64,000 bases of DNA from Candidatus Gottesmanbacteria bacterium UBA6580 (GCA_002433895.1 DJJA01000003.1:288486-352485), one strand, 5' to 3'. Shown: positions 48,472-58,566, counted from the first letter of the stretch. The notes: generated from the letters alone by a model not told the origin. A program made the numbers and translations.

Positions 48472-49686
48472 ATGAAGGCGAGAGTAGTATTTCTTCTCGT
48501 TGTTATTTTTGCTTTGACGTATGGCGGATGGTTTATGTACCGGAATTTCCGGGGATCAGGTCCCGCGTTTGGACCGATACCGTCTATCACAAGTAATCCT
48601 CCCACACAAACTACCGGAGCCATAGCTGCCACGAACACCACGGGCTTACCTCTTACGCTACCGGAGCGGATCTCTATCGGAACGTTTGCAAAAAATTTAG
48701 GTAATCCGCGGGTGCTCATCTTTGATCCCGAAGGGACGCTACTTGTCAGCATCCCGTCACAGAGCAAGGTAGTGGCGCTGCCTGATCGCAACGTTGATGG
48801 CACTGCCGACGAGATGATTACGGTTGTTGAAGGATTACATTTGCCGCACGGGTTGGCATTCCGGGATGGGAACATATATATCGCCGAAACAAATCAGGTA
48901 GCCATGTATGACTACAACGCGAAAACAAAAAAAGCGGGGAACAAGAAAAAGTTATTTGATCTGCCTGGAGGAAGCAACCATTTCTCCCGCACGATCGGAT
49001 TTGGTCCGGACGGCAAGTTATATACGTCAATCGGATCAAGCTGTAACGCGTGTCACGAGAAAGACGCGAGACGTGCCAAGATTTTTATATCAAACGCGGA
49101 TGGCACCGGCTTCCGGGAGTTCGCTTCAGGGCTACGGAATAGTGTATTTTTTGTCTGGCATCCAGTGACGCGGCAGATGTGGGCGACCGATATGGGCAGG
49201 GATTTGCTGGGTGATGATGTGCCGCCCGATGAAGTAAATATTGTACAAAACGGAAGATTTTACGGTTGGCCATATTGCTACGGCAACCGTGTGCATGACC
49301 GCACGTTTGATAGTACTGATGACGCGAAACGGAAATGTGAAGGGAGTGAGCCGCCCCACATCGCTTTTCAGGCGCACTCAGCACCACTAGGACTTACATT
49401 TATCCCTGATAGCTGGCCGGAGGAGTATCGTGGCGACTTACTCGTTTCCTACCATGGTTCATGGAACAGAAGCGTTCCGACAGGTTATAAGATAGTGAGA
49501 TTTGACCTGAATTCGCAGTTAGCTGCCACACGGGAGATTGATTTTATCTCGGGCTTTCTACAGACTTCGCCAGCCGGCGAAGGCGCGTTTGGGCGGCCGG
49601 TAGACTTGTTGTTTGATACCAAAGGAACATTGTTTGTGTCTGATGATAAAGCGGGTGTCATATACCAGGTGACGGCCGCCCAATAA
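48472..49686 (+). CDS. PQQ-dependent sugar (glucose/sorbosone) dehydrogenase family, secreted
   Basis: signal-anchor, beta-propeller motifs (HGLAF.DG..Y, GWPYCYG). Confidence 0.7.
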   Translation: MKARVVFLLVVIFALTYGGWFMYRNFRGSGPAFGPIPSITSNPPTQTTGAIAATNTTGLPLTLPERISIGTFAKNLGNPRVLIFDPEGTLLVSIPSQSKVVALPDRNVDGTADEMITVVEGLHLPHGLAFRDGNIYIAETNQVAMYDYNAKTKKAGNKKKLFDLPGGSNHFSRTIGFGPDGKLYTSIGSSCNACHEKDARRAKIFISNADGTGFREFASGLRNSVFFVWHPVTRQMWATDMGRDLLGDDVPPDEVNIVQNGRFYGWPYCYGNRVHDRTFDSTDDAKRKCEGSEPPHIAFQAHSAPLGLTFIPDSWPEEYRGDLLVSYHGSWNRSVPTGYKIVRFDLNSQLAATREIDFISGFLQTSPAGEGAFGRPVDLLFDTKGTLFVSDDKAGVIYQVTAAQ

Positions 49687-49703
49687 TAGGTACTCCGGAT
49701 TAT

Positions 49704-49732
49704 TTGACACCGTTTTTTGATGGGACTATACT
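49704..49732 (+). promoter_or_regulatory. Consensus-like sigma70 promoter TTGACA-17 bp-TATACT, 8 nt upstream of ATG 49741 (leaderless)
   Basis: read directly. Confidence 0.55.
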
Positions 49733-49740
49733 CACCCCGC

Positions 49741-50217
49741 ATGATCGAAGTAGTAGATTTCCGCAATCCATTTGATACACACGAATTATGCATCAAGCCT
49801 TATCTCGATGCAGTGACCAGATTGGGAAGTTTGCGTGACACCATCAGAAAGTTCCGTGCATTTGACCGCGAACAGGTTGCGCCCCGGGTACGCCCTGAAA
49901 AACAGCGGCTTCATCGTTTCGCAACACATCCGCTTATTCTTTGGACACTCGGTATTCATCAGGTAGGAGCCAAGCGCCTGGGCAAGGAAGAAGCGACTTA
50001 TGATCAGGTGGTCGCGTTTCATACCACATTAAAGCGTGCGACGCGTAGGTTGCCCCGGGGTATGGGGGAGTTGGTTCACGCGTTTGATCACGAAGGCTCG
50101 TGTGAAGGTGTGTGGGGTCAGGATTATGAGCAGGAAACATATAAAGGACCTGATGGGGAGTGGCACTTAGGTATACGCCACGACACGATAAAGGGTCCGC
50201 TTTCAAGTTGTGAATGA
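49741..50217 (+). CDS. hypothetical protein
   Basis: ORF (track start TTG 49717); strong promoter immediately upstream. Confidence 0.45.
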   Translation: MIEVVDFRNPFDTHELCIKPYLDAVTRLGSLRDTIRKFRAFDREQVAPRVRPEKQRLHRFATHPLILWTLGIHQVGAKRLGKEEATYDQVVAFHTTLKRATRRLPRGMGELVHAFDHEGSCEGVWGQDYEQETYKGPDGEWHLGIRHDTIKGPLSSCE

Positions 50218-50224
50218 GGTCGCG

Positions 50225-50500
50225 CTAGACGCGGCTATGTTTTTTCCGGAGCGCACGTATGTCCTCGCGCAGGCGGTGAAGCTCTTCTGTTATTCCCGTC
50301 CGTATTTCTTTATTGCTGTAGGTCATAACTGTGTAGACGAAAATATCGAAGAGTTGCCGTGCGGTGTTACCGTCAGACAGATGGAGTAACACATCGGTAA
50401 ATACGCCGATACCAATGCCCGCCTGATATACCTCGGGCGTTTGGGCGGCGCGCTTGAGACGCGTAAGAAACGGTGGTTTTGATTGTTGTTCTACCGACAT
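50225..50500 (-). CDS. hypothetical small protein
   Basis: ORF only. Confidence 0.3.
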   Translation of the reverse strand: MSVEQQSKPPFLTRLKRAAQTPEVYQAGIGIGVFTDVLLHLSDGNTARQLFDIFVYTVMTYSNKEIRTGITEELHRLREDIRALRKKHSRV

Positions 50501-50530
50501 GCCGGGTGTTGTGGTTAAGGGCCAAGAAGA

Positions 50531-52240
50531 TTAACCAAACGTAAACGCATACAGTTCTATATCAGCGTCCAGCACTTCGAGTTTTAATATGTGCCGTCCT
50601 GGTGCGGGAAGCTTGATAAGCTTATATAGTCTATCGCTATTTATTTTCACGTTCGCGTTTTGTACATCTTCGCCTTTGTACATATCAGGAACCGGCACGT
50701 TATCCAGATATACTTTGATCCCTCCCGCGGCTCCCATCGTTGCTGGCCGCATCACCAGAAACACTTCCGCTGCGTCAAAGTGATAGATAAGTGTCGCGCC
50801 TTTAGTTGGCATGGCGCGCTCACTCCTGATCGTCCACGTGCCCCCGAGGGCAAATGAGTTGTTTTTTATATCAGCGGGAGCAGTAAATGTTGTTGCTTTG
50901 TTTGGGTTTACCCGTTCGGGAGAGACGAGCCCTGCCATGCGTTCGTAACCCAAATATGTTTCCGGTGTCCGTGATTGCACCTGGTAGGTTGGGTTTGCAA
51001 CCTGATCATCAACCGCTATTCCTGTTTCTTCCAGTAATGCCTGGATCATTTTTTCCGTCTCATCGTAATCACCCTCGCCGAAATGGGTATAGCGGATTTT
51101 TCCGTTTTTGTCGGTCATGTATTTTGCCGGCCAATAACGGTTGGCATACGCTTGCCAGGTGGCATAATCATTGTCCTGCATCACCGGATAAGTAATGCCA
51201 AAATCCGTGAGCGCTTTTTTGACGTTGTCCGGATTTTTTTCAAATTCAAATTCCGGTGTATGCACGCCAACAATCACGAGTCCTTTATCTTTGTATTTTT
51301 CGTGCCAGGATGTGAGATAAGGGAGCGTGCGGATACAGTTAATACAGGTATATGTCCAGAAGTCGACTAATACCACTTTGCCCCGCAGCTCACGCATAGA
51401 TAACGCGGGCGAATTAAACCACTGTCCTCCGGCGATAAACTCGGGGGCATTGCCAAAGTTTTCGGATAGTAAACCGGTCAGCATAGGGGCTCCTCCTTTG
51501 AGTGTGTCAAGTTGGTTACGAACAATAGCGTTATCTTCAAGCATGGTAAGCCCCGTGCCGTATGAAGGGAATGTTTCTAAAATATATGTTTGGAACTTTC
51601 TGTCCCAGGAGTTAAATATGGCGAGTGCCGTAAGGAGCATGAGCACGCCAAATGCTTTTTGGATGGTGCCGGTATTTTTGAGTAGCCATGGGTGTTTGGT
51701 AAGTAATGTTCTTCCCCCCATGGTGATAGCCAGTAGCGGTATCGCCGTGCCGATGGCATACGAAAGCGTGATAATGACCGCATTGAGTCCGACGCTGCTT
51801 GTTGCCGCTAAGGTAATAATAGAGGCAAGTATCGGCCCCACACACGGCGTCCACAACAGCCCCAAGCTCATGCCGACGAGCACACCTGATAAATAGCCAT
51901 CCTGTGTGTTTTGTTTGGGTGCAAGTGCCGTGAGACGCGAGAATAGTTTTTCCGTGGCTTTTTGTAATGCAGGCACGAGTAAGCTGATACCGAAAAACGC
52001 GATGATAACAACCGCAAGCATGCGGAGCGCGTCAGCAGACAACCCGGTTGCCCGCACGATGGCAGAGAGGAAGAGGGTAAAAAACGTAAAGCTCAGGATA
52101 AATCCGGTTACCACTCCCATGGGCCGCCGTTTGCCTCCAGTGATAGAACCCGAAAGCACGATGGGAAGGATGGGAAGAATACAGGGCGAAAGAATGGTGA
52201 TAATACCGCCTAAAAATGCAAAAAGGATGAGGATGATCAT
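50531..52240 (-). CDS. Thiol:disulfide interchange fusion protein: CcdA/DsbD-type transmembrane domain, TlpA/ResA-like thioredoxin domain, and a C-terminal beta-rich domain
   Basis: LSPCILPILP and WTPCVGPIL paired Cys in TM helices; WTYTCINC CxxC thioredoxin motif. Confidence 0.8.
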   Translation of the reverse strand: MIILILFAFLGGIITILSPCILPILPIVLSGSITGGKRRPMGVVTGFILSFTFFTLFLSAIVRATGLSADALRMLAVVIIAFFGISLLVPALQKATEKLFSRLTALAPKQNTQDGYLSGVLVGMSLGLLWTPCVGPILASIITLAATSSVGLNAVIITLSYAIGTAIPLLAITMGGRTLLTKHPWLLKNTGTIQKAFGVLMLLTALAIFNSWDRKFQTYILETFPSYGTGLTMLEDNAIVRNQLDTLKGGAPMLTGLLSENFGNAPEFIAGGQWFNSPALSMRELRGKVVLVDFWTYTCINCIRTLPYLTSWHEKYKDKGLVIVGVHTPEFEFEKNPDNVKKALTDFGITYPVMQDNDYATWQAYANRYWPAKYMTDKNGKIRYTHFGEGDYDETEKMIQALLEETGIAVDDQVANPTYQVQSRTPETYLGYERMAGLVSPERVNPNKATTFTAPADIKNNSFALGGTWTIRSERAMPTKGATLIYHFDAAEVFLVMRPATMGAAGGIKVYLDNVPVPDMYKGEDVQNANVKINSDRLYKLIKLPAPGRHILKLEVLDADIELYAFTFG

Positions 52241-52244
52241 TTTG

Positions 52245-52778
52245 TTATTTAATATTGGCGATGAGCTCAGTTATCTGTCCGCCATTCCATTTTGTCACTG
52301 CGTTGCCACTGGCGTCCACCTGTACGAATGTGTGCTGGTAGGTAACATTGTATTTCTTTTTAAGATCAGCGGAGGTGTCGTAGTCTGTTTTAAACAGCAC
52401 AACGCCTTCAGGAATTTGTGCCGAGTTTTTCTGGAACGCCGCATCCGCAGGTCTGCAGGTTGGGCACCACGGTGCATGGAAAAAGAGGACGCGTTTTTTG
52501 CCGTTGGCTGCGTCAAAGGCGTTTTGGGAATATACGACATAACGTGACTCATTTTCCATCATCGCCCCATCATCTTTTTTCATGGATTCATCTTTGTTTT
52601 CTGTTTTTTCCATCATGACATCGGTAGGTTTAGTCATCGTGTCGTAGTCTTTTTCCATGACGGATGTGGGGGAAGGCATGAGATCATCATTTGATGACGA
52701 TTGCTGATTGCGGATATAGATCGCGCCTAAAGAAAGAAGAATTACAATGCCGGCGCCCGCGAGTAGTTTCTTGTTCAT
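52245..52778 (-). CDS. Secreted thioredoxin-like protein
   Basis: signal-anchor; FHAPWCPTC CxxC. Confidence 0.7.
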   Translation of the reverse strand: MNKKLLAGAGIVILLSLGAIYIRNQQSSSNDDLMPSPTSVMEKDYDTMTKPTDVMMEKTENKDESMKKDDGAMMENESRYVVYSQNAFDAANGKKRVLFFHAPWCPTCRPADAAFQKNSAQIPEGVVLFKTDYDTSADLKKKYNVTYQHTFVQVDASGNAVTKWNGGQITELIANIK

Positions 52779-52870
52779 ATATCCTCCGTGAGAAATAAAT
52801 ATTTGTTACTTATCTCACAATAAAACCATTTTATGAGAATGTCAAGTGGACTTAACATCACGGAGAAATA

Positions 52871-53245
52871 TTACTGGGTGATTTGTGTGTAAAGACGGAC
52901 AACGATTTTAGTAAGCAGCATGATGCCGAGAGCGCCAATAAGCCAAGGGTCAATATCATGGTTGAGGGCTTGGGTAATGATGCCCACCATGAGCACTGAT
53001 GAGCCAACAAAAAATGATACCCTGCCAGCAGTCAACTGATGCGCGTGTTCCCGCTCATCGCGTGCGTGCTCTTTCCAGATAAATCCGAGGTATACAAAAA
53101 ACGCCAAGACAAAGATTACCAATAGGAGCATTTCGGTGGAAGCGGGCATGAGTAGTCCCGGTGGACTCATAAATGCAGCGAGCAGCAATATGAGTACGAC
53201 GGCAGTGATGATTTCACCTAAATAGTAACGGGTTATTTTTTGCAT
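52871..53245 (-). CDS. DUF2178-family membrane protein
   Basis: 4 TM helices; partnered with the short XRE regulator. Confidence 0.5.
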   Translation of the reverse strand: MQKITRYYLGEIITAVVLILLLAAFMSPPGLLMPASTEMLLLVIFVLAFFVYLGFIWKEHARDEREHAHQLTAGRVSFFVGSSVLMVGIITQALNHDIDPWLIGALGIMLLTKIVVRLYTQITQ

Positions 53246-53439
53246 ATTTCAAATATAGATTCTACAGGTTTTTTAAAATATTGTGCAATTTTGAGCGCCA
53301 ACAGCAAGGAGGGGATATATGATCCTTTTTCTATAGCAATGATCGTCTGGCGTGTTACACCGATGGCTGCAGCCAGTTGTTCTTGGGTGATTTTTGCTTT
53401 TGTCCGTAAGGTGATTACCGAGTTTTCAATAGTTTCCAT
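53233..53439 (-). CDS. Short XRE-family HTH transcriptional regulator (YozG-like)
   Basis: ITQEQLAAAIGVTRQTIIAIEKG. Confidence 0.7.
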   Translation of the reverse strand: METIENSVITLRTKAKITQEQLAAAIGVTRQTIIAIEKGSYIPSLLLALKIAQYFKKPVESIFEICKK

Positions 53440-53487
53440 AGCCTACGGCTGATTATACCCCAGTATTTTCAAAACCGACAATCAGAC

Positions 53488-53518
53488 TTTACTATAACGT
53501 TACGTTATAGTTTACTAT
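53488..53518 (+). promoter_or_regulatory. MerR-type promoter: -35 TTTACT, 19-bp spacer containing dyad ACTATAACGT-T-ACGTTATAGT, -10 TACTAT; the ATG lies 6 nt downstream
   Basis: read directly; the 19-bp spacer and dyad are the classic MerR operator geometry. Confidence 0.6.
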
Positions 53519-53524
53519 CGCTCT

Positions 53525-54268
53525 ATGACATATACAGTACATCAGTTATCCGAGCTCGCCGGGGTCAGCATCCGGACGCTTCATTATTATGACGATATCG
53601 GTTTACTCCGGCCGTCGTTCGTGCGGTCAAACGGTTACCGGGTCTATGAAGAGAAGGAGGTCATCAAGCTGCAGCAAATATTGCTGTTCCGTGAATTGGA
53701 ATTTCCGCTCGGACAAATAAAAGAAATGATTAACGCCAAAAAGTTTGATGTGAAAACAGCGCTCCGGGACCAGCGGAAAATGCTGGAGATGAAAAAAGAT
53801 CGGATCAACAAATTATTGGATGTAGTGGATACACAATTGAAAGGAGGTGAGCACATGACCAATCAACACGCATTCGGGGTATTTGCCGATACACAAATGG
53901 AAGAATTTAAAGACGAGGCGCGGAAACGCTGGGGGAATACCGCGGCGTACAAACAATCTGTGGAGCGCACAAAACATTGGACAAAAGAGGATTACCGCAG
54001 GATTGCCGAGGAGGGTACGAAATTTACTGAAGCGCTCGCCAAGCTTATGGATAGAGGTGTAGCGGATGAAAAAGTGCAGCAGATGATAGCAAAACACTAT
54101 GAGGGCATCAAGGTATTTTATGATTGTCCTATCGAGATGTATAGAAATTTAGGAGCGATGTATGTCGATGACGCGCGGTTTAGCGCGTATTACGATAAGT
54201 TCCGTCCCGGTATGGCGGTATTTATGAAAAATGCGATCGCGTATTACTGCGATAGCCATACGGCCTAA
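53525..54268 (+). CDS. MerR-family transcriptional regulator with a TipAS-like effector domain (TipAL/Mta-like)
   Basis: N-terminal MerR HTH (YTVHQLSELAGVSIRTLHYYDDIGLL), coiled coil, C-terminal WGNT.AY..S...T..YTKED...FYDC..EMY..LG.MYV.D.RF. Confidence 0.85.
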   Translation: MTYTVHQLSELAGVSIRTLHYYDDIGLLRPSFVRSNGYRVYEEKEVIKLQQILLFRELEFPLGQIKEMINAKKFDVKTALRDQRKMLEMKKDRINKLLDVVDTQLKGGEHMTNQHAFGVFADTQMEEFKDEARKRWGNTAAYKQSVERTKHWTKEDYRRIAEEGTKFTEALAKLMDRGVADEKVQQMIAKHYEGIKVFYDCPIEMYRNLGAMYVDDARFSAYYDKFRPGMAVFMKNAIAYYCDSHTA

Positions 54269-54322
54269 CCGGTATCCTCCGGGGTGATACGTACACCCCG
54301 GAGGTGGGCCGCGTAACAGACC

Positions 54323-54619
54323 GTGTATACTTATGGCATGAAAAATCCTCTGACAATTATCCCCGGCGTGGGTAAAAGTATCGCGCAAGATTTAAACGGT
54401 ATAGGCATTTTCCGTGTAGAAGAATTAAAGGGTAAGGATCCTGATGTGCTCTACCGGAAACTATGCGATGCGCAAGGCATGGTGATAGACAGGTGTTTGT
54501 TATACGTTATGCGGTGCGCGGTATACTTTGCGTCACACCAAACTCATCACCCGGAGTTACTCAAATGGTGGAAGTGGAAAGATACAGGAAATTCTATAGA
54601 CAGACGGAATAAAATTTAG
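54323..54619 (+). CDS. Helix-hairpin-helix domain protein, hypothetical
   Basis: LTIIPGVGKSIAQDL..GIF HhH. Confidence 0.4.
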   Translation: MYTYGMKNPLTIIPGVGKSIAQDLNGIGIFRVEELKGKDPDVLYRKLCDAQGMVIDRCLLYVMRCAVYFASHQTHHPELLKWWKWKDTGNSIDRRNKI

Positions 54620-54654
54620 TACAATCATCATTGTTGAATTGTAGAAGCAGTTCT

Positions 54655-54679
54655 GCTTCCCAGTCGGGGAGCTTTTTTG
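54655..54679 (+). terminator. Intrinsic terminator: GCTTCCC-AGTC-GGGGAGC hairpin followed by TTTTTTG; an alternative upstream pairing GAAGC/GCTTC (54644-54659) is possible
   Basis: read directly. Confidence 0.6.
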
Positions 54680-54698
54680 TTTCTGATACAATAGCACT

Positions 54699-56804
54699 AT
54701 GGCTAACCCACAAACAACCATTACCGAAAACCGCGATGTGCCGCTCGATAAAGTGCGCAACATCGGTATTATCGCGCACATTGATGCAGGCAAGACGACA
54801 ACCACAGAGCGTATTCTTTACTACACCGGAAGAAGTTACAAAATCGGCGACATCGATGAGGGTACGACACAAATGGACTGGATGGAACAGGAAAAGGAAC
54901 GGGGCATCACCATCGTATCCGCTGCTACCACGACATTTTGGAAAGGCTACCGCTTCAACATCATTGATACCCCGGGACACGTTGATTTCACCGCAGAAGT
55001 AGAGCGGTCACTCCGTGTGCTTGATGGCGGTATTACCGTACTCGACGCGGAGGAAGGCGTGCAGTCCCAATCAGAAACCGTGTGGCATCAGGCAGATAAA
55101 TATAAAGTGCCGCGTATTTGTTTTGTGAACAAAATGGATAAAATCGGCGCTGATTTCCGTCACACGATCCAGCAGATCGAAGAGCGCTTGGGAGCCAGAA
55201 CCGCCGTCATGGTTGTGCCGATCGGCCGGGAATCTACCTATAAAGGATTAGTCGATCTTCTTACCCGCAAGGCATATGTATGGAATTCCGACGATTTGGG
55301 AAGCCACCCCGATGAATTGCCGGAAATCCCCGCAGACATAAAAGATGAAGTCGAAACTTCACGAACCGCACTGATTGAACGTATTTCCGAAACTGACGAC
55401 GCATTGCTTGAAAAATTCCTGGCGGGTGAAGAACCAACCGTTGAGGAACTCAAAGCAGCGTTACGGCGCGCAGTTATCGCCTACAAGCTGGTTCCTATTT
55501 ATTGCGGAACCAGTCTCCGGAATAAGGGAGTGCAGCCGCTCTTGGACGCGGTGGTCGATTATCTTCCGTCTCCGTTGGATTTGCCGGAAGTAACCGGTAT
55601 TCATCCGAAAACCGAAGCACCGGTATCACGGAAACGTATCATAGAAGACAAATTTTCCGGATTGGCGTTCAAAATCCAGATTGATCCGCATGTCGGAAAG
55701 CTTACGTACGTCCGTCTTTACTCCGGTAAGCTGGTGTCAGGTTCCTATACCTATAACTCCAGCAAAGGTGTCGAAGAGCGCGTCGGCCGGTTGCTTTTGA
55801 TGCACGCGAACCAACGGGAAGAAATCAAAGAAGCATACGCCGGAGAAATCGTCGCTGTCGTAGGACTCAAGGATACCATCACGGGAGACTCACTTTGTGA
55901 AAAAGAAGATCCGATAGTTCTTGAGAAGATCACCTTCCCTGAGCCGGTTATTTCGCTTGCTATTGAACCCAAGACCAAAAACGATCAGGAAAAAATGGGG
56001 TATGCATTGCAGCGGTTAAGCGAAGAGGATCCGACATTTAAGATTAAATCCAATCCGGAAACGAACCAGACCATCATCTGGGGTATGGGAGAGCTACATC
56101 TGGAAATTTTGGTTGACCGCATGAACCGTGAATTTAAAGTAGAGGCAAATGTGGGAGCTCCCCAGGTTGCCTACAAAGAGACGATCAGGAAGCCGGCCGA
56201 AGGAGAAGGAAAGTACATCCGTCAGACCGGAGGTCGTGGTCAGTATGGTCATGCCATGATCAAAATCGAGCCGAAAGCCAGAGGCGAAGGATTTGAATTT
56301 ATCGACGCGATCAAAGGAGGAGCAATCCCCAACGAATTTATCGCGCCAATTGGTAAAGGTATCAAGGAAGCTATGGAAAACGGCGTATTGGCGGGTTATC
56401 CATTAGTCGACATGTCCGCCACGTTGTATGACGGAAGTTACCATGATGTCGATTCTTCTGAAATGGCATTTAAGATCGCAGGAAGTATGGCGCTTCAAGA
56501 CGCCGTAAAGCACGCAGATCCGACCATATTAGAGCCGATCATGAAAGTGGAGGTCACCACGCCCGACGAATATATGGGAGATTGTATCGGCGATCTTTCC
56601 GCCAGACGCGCACAAATCATGGGAAGTGAACAGCGCGGAACAGTAACGGTTATTTTGGCAATGGTACCTTTGGCGGAACTTTCCGGCTACGCCACCGTAC
56701 TGCGGAGTTTGTCCAAAGGCCGCGCCACGTACTACATGGAGCCGTCACATTACGAAGAGGTACCGAAGAATATTCAGGAAAAGATTATTGCGAAAAATGT
56801 CTAG
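54699..56804 (+). CDS. fusA: Elongation factor G
   Basis: [21 protein letters not shown]; -10 TACAAT 6 nt upstream of the ATG, no SD. Confidence 0.97.
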   Translation: MANPQTTITENRDVPLDKVRNIGIIAHIDAGKTTTTERILYYTGRSYKIGDIDEGTTQMDWMEQEKERGITIVSAATTTFWKGYRFNIIDTPGHVDFTAEVERSLRVLDGGITVLDAEEGVQSQSETVWHQADKYKVPRICFVNKMDKIGADFRHTIQQIEERLGARTAVMVVPIGRESTYKGLVDLLTRKAYVWNSDDLGSHPDELPEIPADIKDEVETSRTALIERISETDDALLEKFLAGEEPTVEELKAALRRAVIAYKLVPIYCGTSLRNKGVQPLLDAVVDYLPSPLDLPEVTGIHPKTEAPVSRKRIIEDKFSGLAFKIQIDPHVGKLTYVRLYSGKLVSGSYTYNSSKGVEERVGRLLLMHANQREEIKEAYAGEIVAVVGLKDTITGDSLCEKEDPIVLEKITFPEPVISLAIEPKTKNDQEKMGYALQRLSEEDPTFKIKSNPETNQTIIWGMGELHLEILVDRMNREFKVEANVGAPQVAYKETIRKPAEGEGKYIRQTGGRGQYGHAMIKIEPKARGEGFEFIDAIKGGAIPNEFIAPIGKGIKEAMENGVLAGYPLVDMSATLYDGSYHDVDSSEMAFKIAGSMALQDAVKHADPTILEPIMKVEVTTPDEYMGDCIGDLSARRAQIMGSEQRGTVTVILAMVPLAELSGYATVLRSLSKGRATYYMEPSHYEEVPKNIQEKIIAKNV

Positions 56805-56893
56805 TATGTGTTAAAATGGCGAAAGCGACTTATTTTTTAAGGTCGAGTATTTATTTTTTATAAACTATTCACGTTTTTTTCTAAGGAGGAAAT

Positions 56894-58081
56894 ATGGCAG
56901 ATGCAGCTAAATTTGTTCGGACAAAACCACATTTGAACATTGGTACCATTGGTCACGTCGACCATGGAAAGACAACCCTTACCTCCGCAATCACCCACGT
57001 GCTTGCAAAGACCGGTATGGCAAAGGCCTTGAAGTATGAAGAAATCGACAACGCTCCGGAAGAAAAGGCACGCGGAGTCACCATCAACATTCACCACTCT
57101 GAGTACGAAACCGGAAAACGGCACTACGCACACATCGATGCTCCGGGACATGCCGACTATGTCAAAAACATGATCACCGGCGCCGCACAAATGGATGGAG
57201 CCATCTTGGTGGTATCCGCTCCCGATGGTCCAATGCCGCAGACCCGCGAGCACATTTTGCTTGCAAACCAGGTCAACGTGCCGGCCATCATCGTTTTCAT
57301 GAACAAGTGCGATATGGTGCAGGACAAAGAACTTCTTGATCTCGTCGAGATGGAAGTCCGTGAGTTGCTCACCAAATATAAGTATCCAGGAGACAAAATC
57401 CCGGTTATCAGAGGGAGCGCCCTTAAGGCACTCCAGGGTGATGCGGAAGCCGAAAAGGCAATCGAAGAGCTCATGAAGACCGTGGATGAATACATCCCGG
57501 ATCCAGTGCGCGAACTCGAAAAGCCGTTCCTTATGCCGGTAGAAGACGTGTTCTCTATCAAAGGCCGTGGTACGGTTGTCACCGGTCGTGTTTCACGCGG
57601 CAAGGTGAAGGTCGGGGAAACAATTGAGATTGTTGGTATCAAACCCACACAATCAACTGTTGTTACCGGAGTTGAAATGTTTAGAAAATCCCTTGATGAA
57701 GGACTTGCCGGAGACAACATCGGCGTTCTTCTCCGCGGTGTAGAAAAAGAACAGGTTGAGCGTGGTCAGGTGCTTGCAGCAACTGGCTCTGTGAAGCCAC
57801 ACACCGAATTCGAAGCGGAAGTATACGTACTTACCAAAGAAGAAGGTGGACGACACACACCGTTCTTTACGGGATACCGCCCGCAGTTCTATATCCAGAC
57901 TACTGACGTAACCGGAGAAGTTGCACTTCCCCAGGGCGTCGAGATGGTTATGCCTGGAGATAGTACCAAGATGAACGTGAAGTTGATCGTACCGGTTGCT
58001 CTTGAAGAAGGACTACGGTTTGCTATCCGCGAGGGTGGCCACACGGTAGGAGCCGGAGTAGTTACAAAGATTGTCGCTTAA
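56894..58081 (+). CDS. tuf: Elongation factor Tu
   Basis: [22 protein letters not shown]; strong SD AAGGAGG. Confidence 0.97.
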   Translation: MADAAKFVRTKPHLNIGTIGHVDHGKTTLTSAITHVLAKTGMAKALKYEEIDNAPEEKARGVTINIHHSEYETGKRHYAHIDAPGHADYVKNMITGAAQMDGAILVVSAPDGPMPQTREHILLANQVNVPAIIVFMNKCDMVQDKELLDLVEMEVRELLTKYKYPGDKIPVIRGSALKALQGDAEAEKAIEELMKTVDEYIPDPVRELEKPFLMPVEDVFSIKGRGTVVTGRVSRGKVKVGETIEIVGIKPTQSTVVTGVEMFRKSLDEGLAGDNIGVLLRGVEKEQVERGQVLAATGSVKPHTEFEAEVYVLTKEEGGRHTPFFTGYRPQFYIQTTDVTGEVALPQGVEMVMPGDSTKMNVKLIVPVALEEGLRFAIREGGHTVGAGVVTKIVA

Positions 58082-58124
58082 GTTTCTTAAGTTAATTAAG
58101 GCTCATTAAGCACCTTAACACACA

Positions 58125-58433
58125 ATGCCAAAAGGTCGTATTCGTGTCAGATTAAAAGCATACGATAGCAGGATCATTGATGACTGCTGTCAGAAAATAC
58201 TCGATACCGCAGTGAGAACGGGTGCTCGGGTAGTGGGACCAGTCCCGCTTCCTACCGACAAAACCCATTTCAACGTGGCGAGAGCTACTTTTATCGACCG
58301 GAATAGCCGTGAGGACTTTATGATTAAAGTCCATAAACGATTGATTGACATTGTGGAGCCGACAGACAAGACGATCGACCAGTTGATGCATTTAGATTTG
58401 CCAGCTGGGGTGGATGTAGAAATTAAGATGTAA
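58125..58433 (+). CDS. rpsJ: 30S ribosomal protein S10
   Basis: IRVRLKAYD...GPVPLPT. Confidence 0.95.
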   Translation: MPKGRIRVRLKAYDSRIIDDCCQKILDTAVRTGARVVGPVPLPTDKTHFNVARATFIDRNSREDFMIKVHKRLIDIVEPTDKTIDQLMHLDLPAGVDVEIKM

Positions 58434-58566
58434 ATTTGTTTTCGAAGAGATACTTTGGTATACTTACACATCTTGATATGACGCGACAAAGTCGGCCATA
58501 GCGAGGGTAACCAAAAGTCTCGGATGAGCGTAAAATCCCGTTTTCGCCAGTTGGCGGAGGGAGGAA

